Origin: Camelus ferus
Taxonomy: Eukaryota
Direction: 5' to 3'
Assembly (NCBI RefSeq): GCF_009834535.1
Contig: NC_045697.1
Coordinates: 67,768,001 to 67,832,000, forward strand
Length of the DNA stretch: 64,000 nucleotides
The notes under the pieces are model-generated. The model saw only the letters and a program-made list of their open reading frames with translations. It was not told where the DNA came from and did not search any database. Shown here in pieces: positions 63,361-64,000 of the stretch (within the stretch, counting starts at the first letter, position 1; every line of letters begins with the position of its first letter). Both the position numbers and the translations under genes were made by a program.

Positions 63361-64000
63361 TTAGCAAATACTTCTCCATTTTTCACACACACAGAAATCC
63401 TTGAATGATTCTAAAGAAATGTGTAGCATTTTATTTCATAGTTGTAAAGCAAAAGAAACCCAAAAAACAAAGAAAGCAAAAAACCCCCCAATGTTTGCCT
63501 TCCTAAATAAAATATGGTCTAAGTTTACTAAAAGAATTCTGATAGAGTGTAGCTATTCATACTTGGTTTCTTTAGGTTCCTATTTCCAGTCTTTTCTGTT
63601 TAAACTAGTGTGCCCTTTAACAGAAAAAAAAAAAAAAAAAAAAAAAAGCTACATCTCTTGCAGAAGCAATAAAGTAACTCTTTAATAGATTTCTTATACT
63701 CAACTGTATAGACAATGTAAAAATGTAACTTTGGCTAATTTATCCTGATATTTCTCTGTGGACATGTTTCATTTTTTAACTTTTGTTTTGTTGTTTTTAT
63801 AAACTAGCCCCAAGCCCTCTCATCATATGATTTTTCCTGGATAAAAATGCTTACCCTGTCTCTAAAATATGAAGTGAACCTTCTACTCCTAGAGGCTAGA
63901 TTAAACCCTTTTCATTACTAGATATGTTAGTGTCTATGCTGCTTAACACATTACCAAAATTTTAATGCTTAAAACAACGTATCTTCATTATCTCTCAGTT

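Noticed and set aside
250..63974. ttttaatgcttaaaa present near both window ends
   Set aside because: An AT-rich 15-mer 64 kb apart with no shared flanks; chance.
1..64000. All ORFs in the supplied track as host protein-coding genes
   Set aside because: They are short (60-138 aa) with AT-biased composition and no recognisable cellular domain. The recognisable ones are L1 ORF2 or ERV-L relics, or antisense translations of repeats.

Overview
AT-rich mammalian nuclear DNA, intronic or intergenic, about half of it recognisable interspersed repeats. These include L1 fragments of several ages, L2, MIR, MaLR (MLT1), ERVL and ERV1 LTRs, two decayed ERV-L internal regions and a MER5A-type MITE. A tRNA-Ala(AGC)-derived SINE with a perfect TSD (Vic-1-like), cetartiodactyl-type young L1 3' ends, and the apparent absence of Alu, Bov-tA/BovB, PRE-1 and SINEC point to a camelid (inference). 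I find no supportable protein-coding gene. The listed ORFs are chance ORFs or decayed L1 ORF2 / ERV-L gag, pol and dUTPase. I also find no convincing novel biological system. The best second-look items are: an L1 insertion whose 16-bp TSD also encloses ~300 bp of non-L1 DNA; an ERV-L relic with an internal inversion; a 17-nt twin-priming inversion; a ~205-bp AT-rich foldback; a perfect double-GAS palindrome beside a microexon-like splice signature; and a few low-confidence small-exon and enhancer candidates. Repeat subfamily names are from memory of consensus sequences, and boundaries are approximate unless a TSD is quoted.
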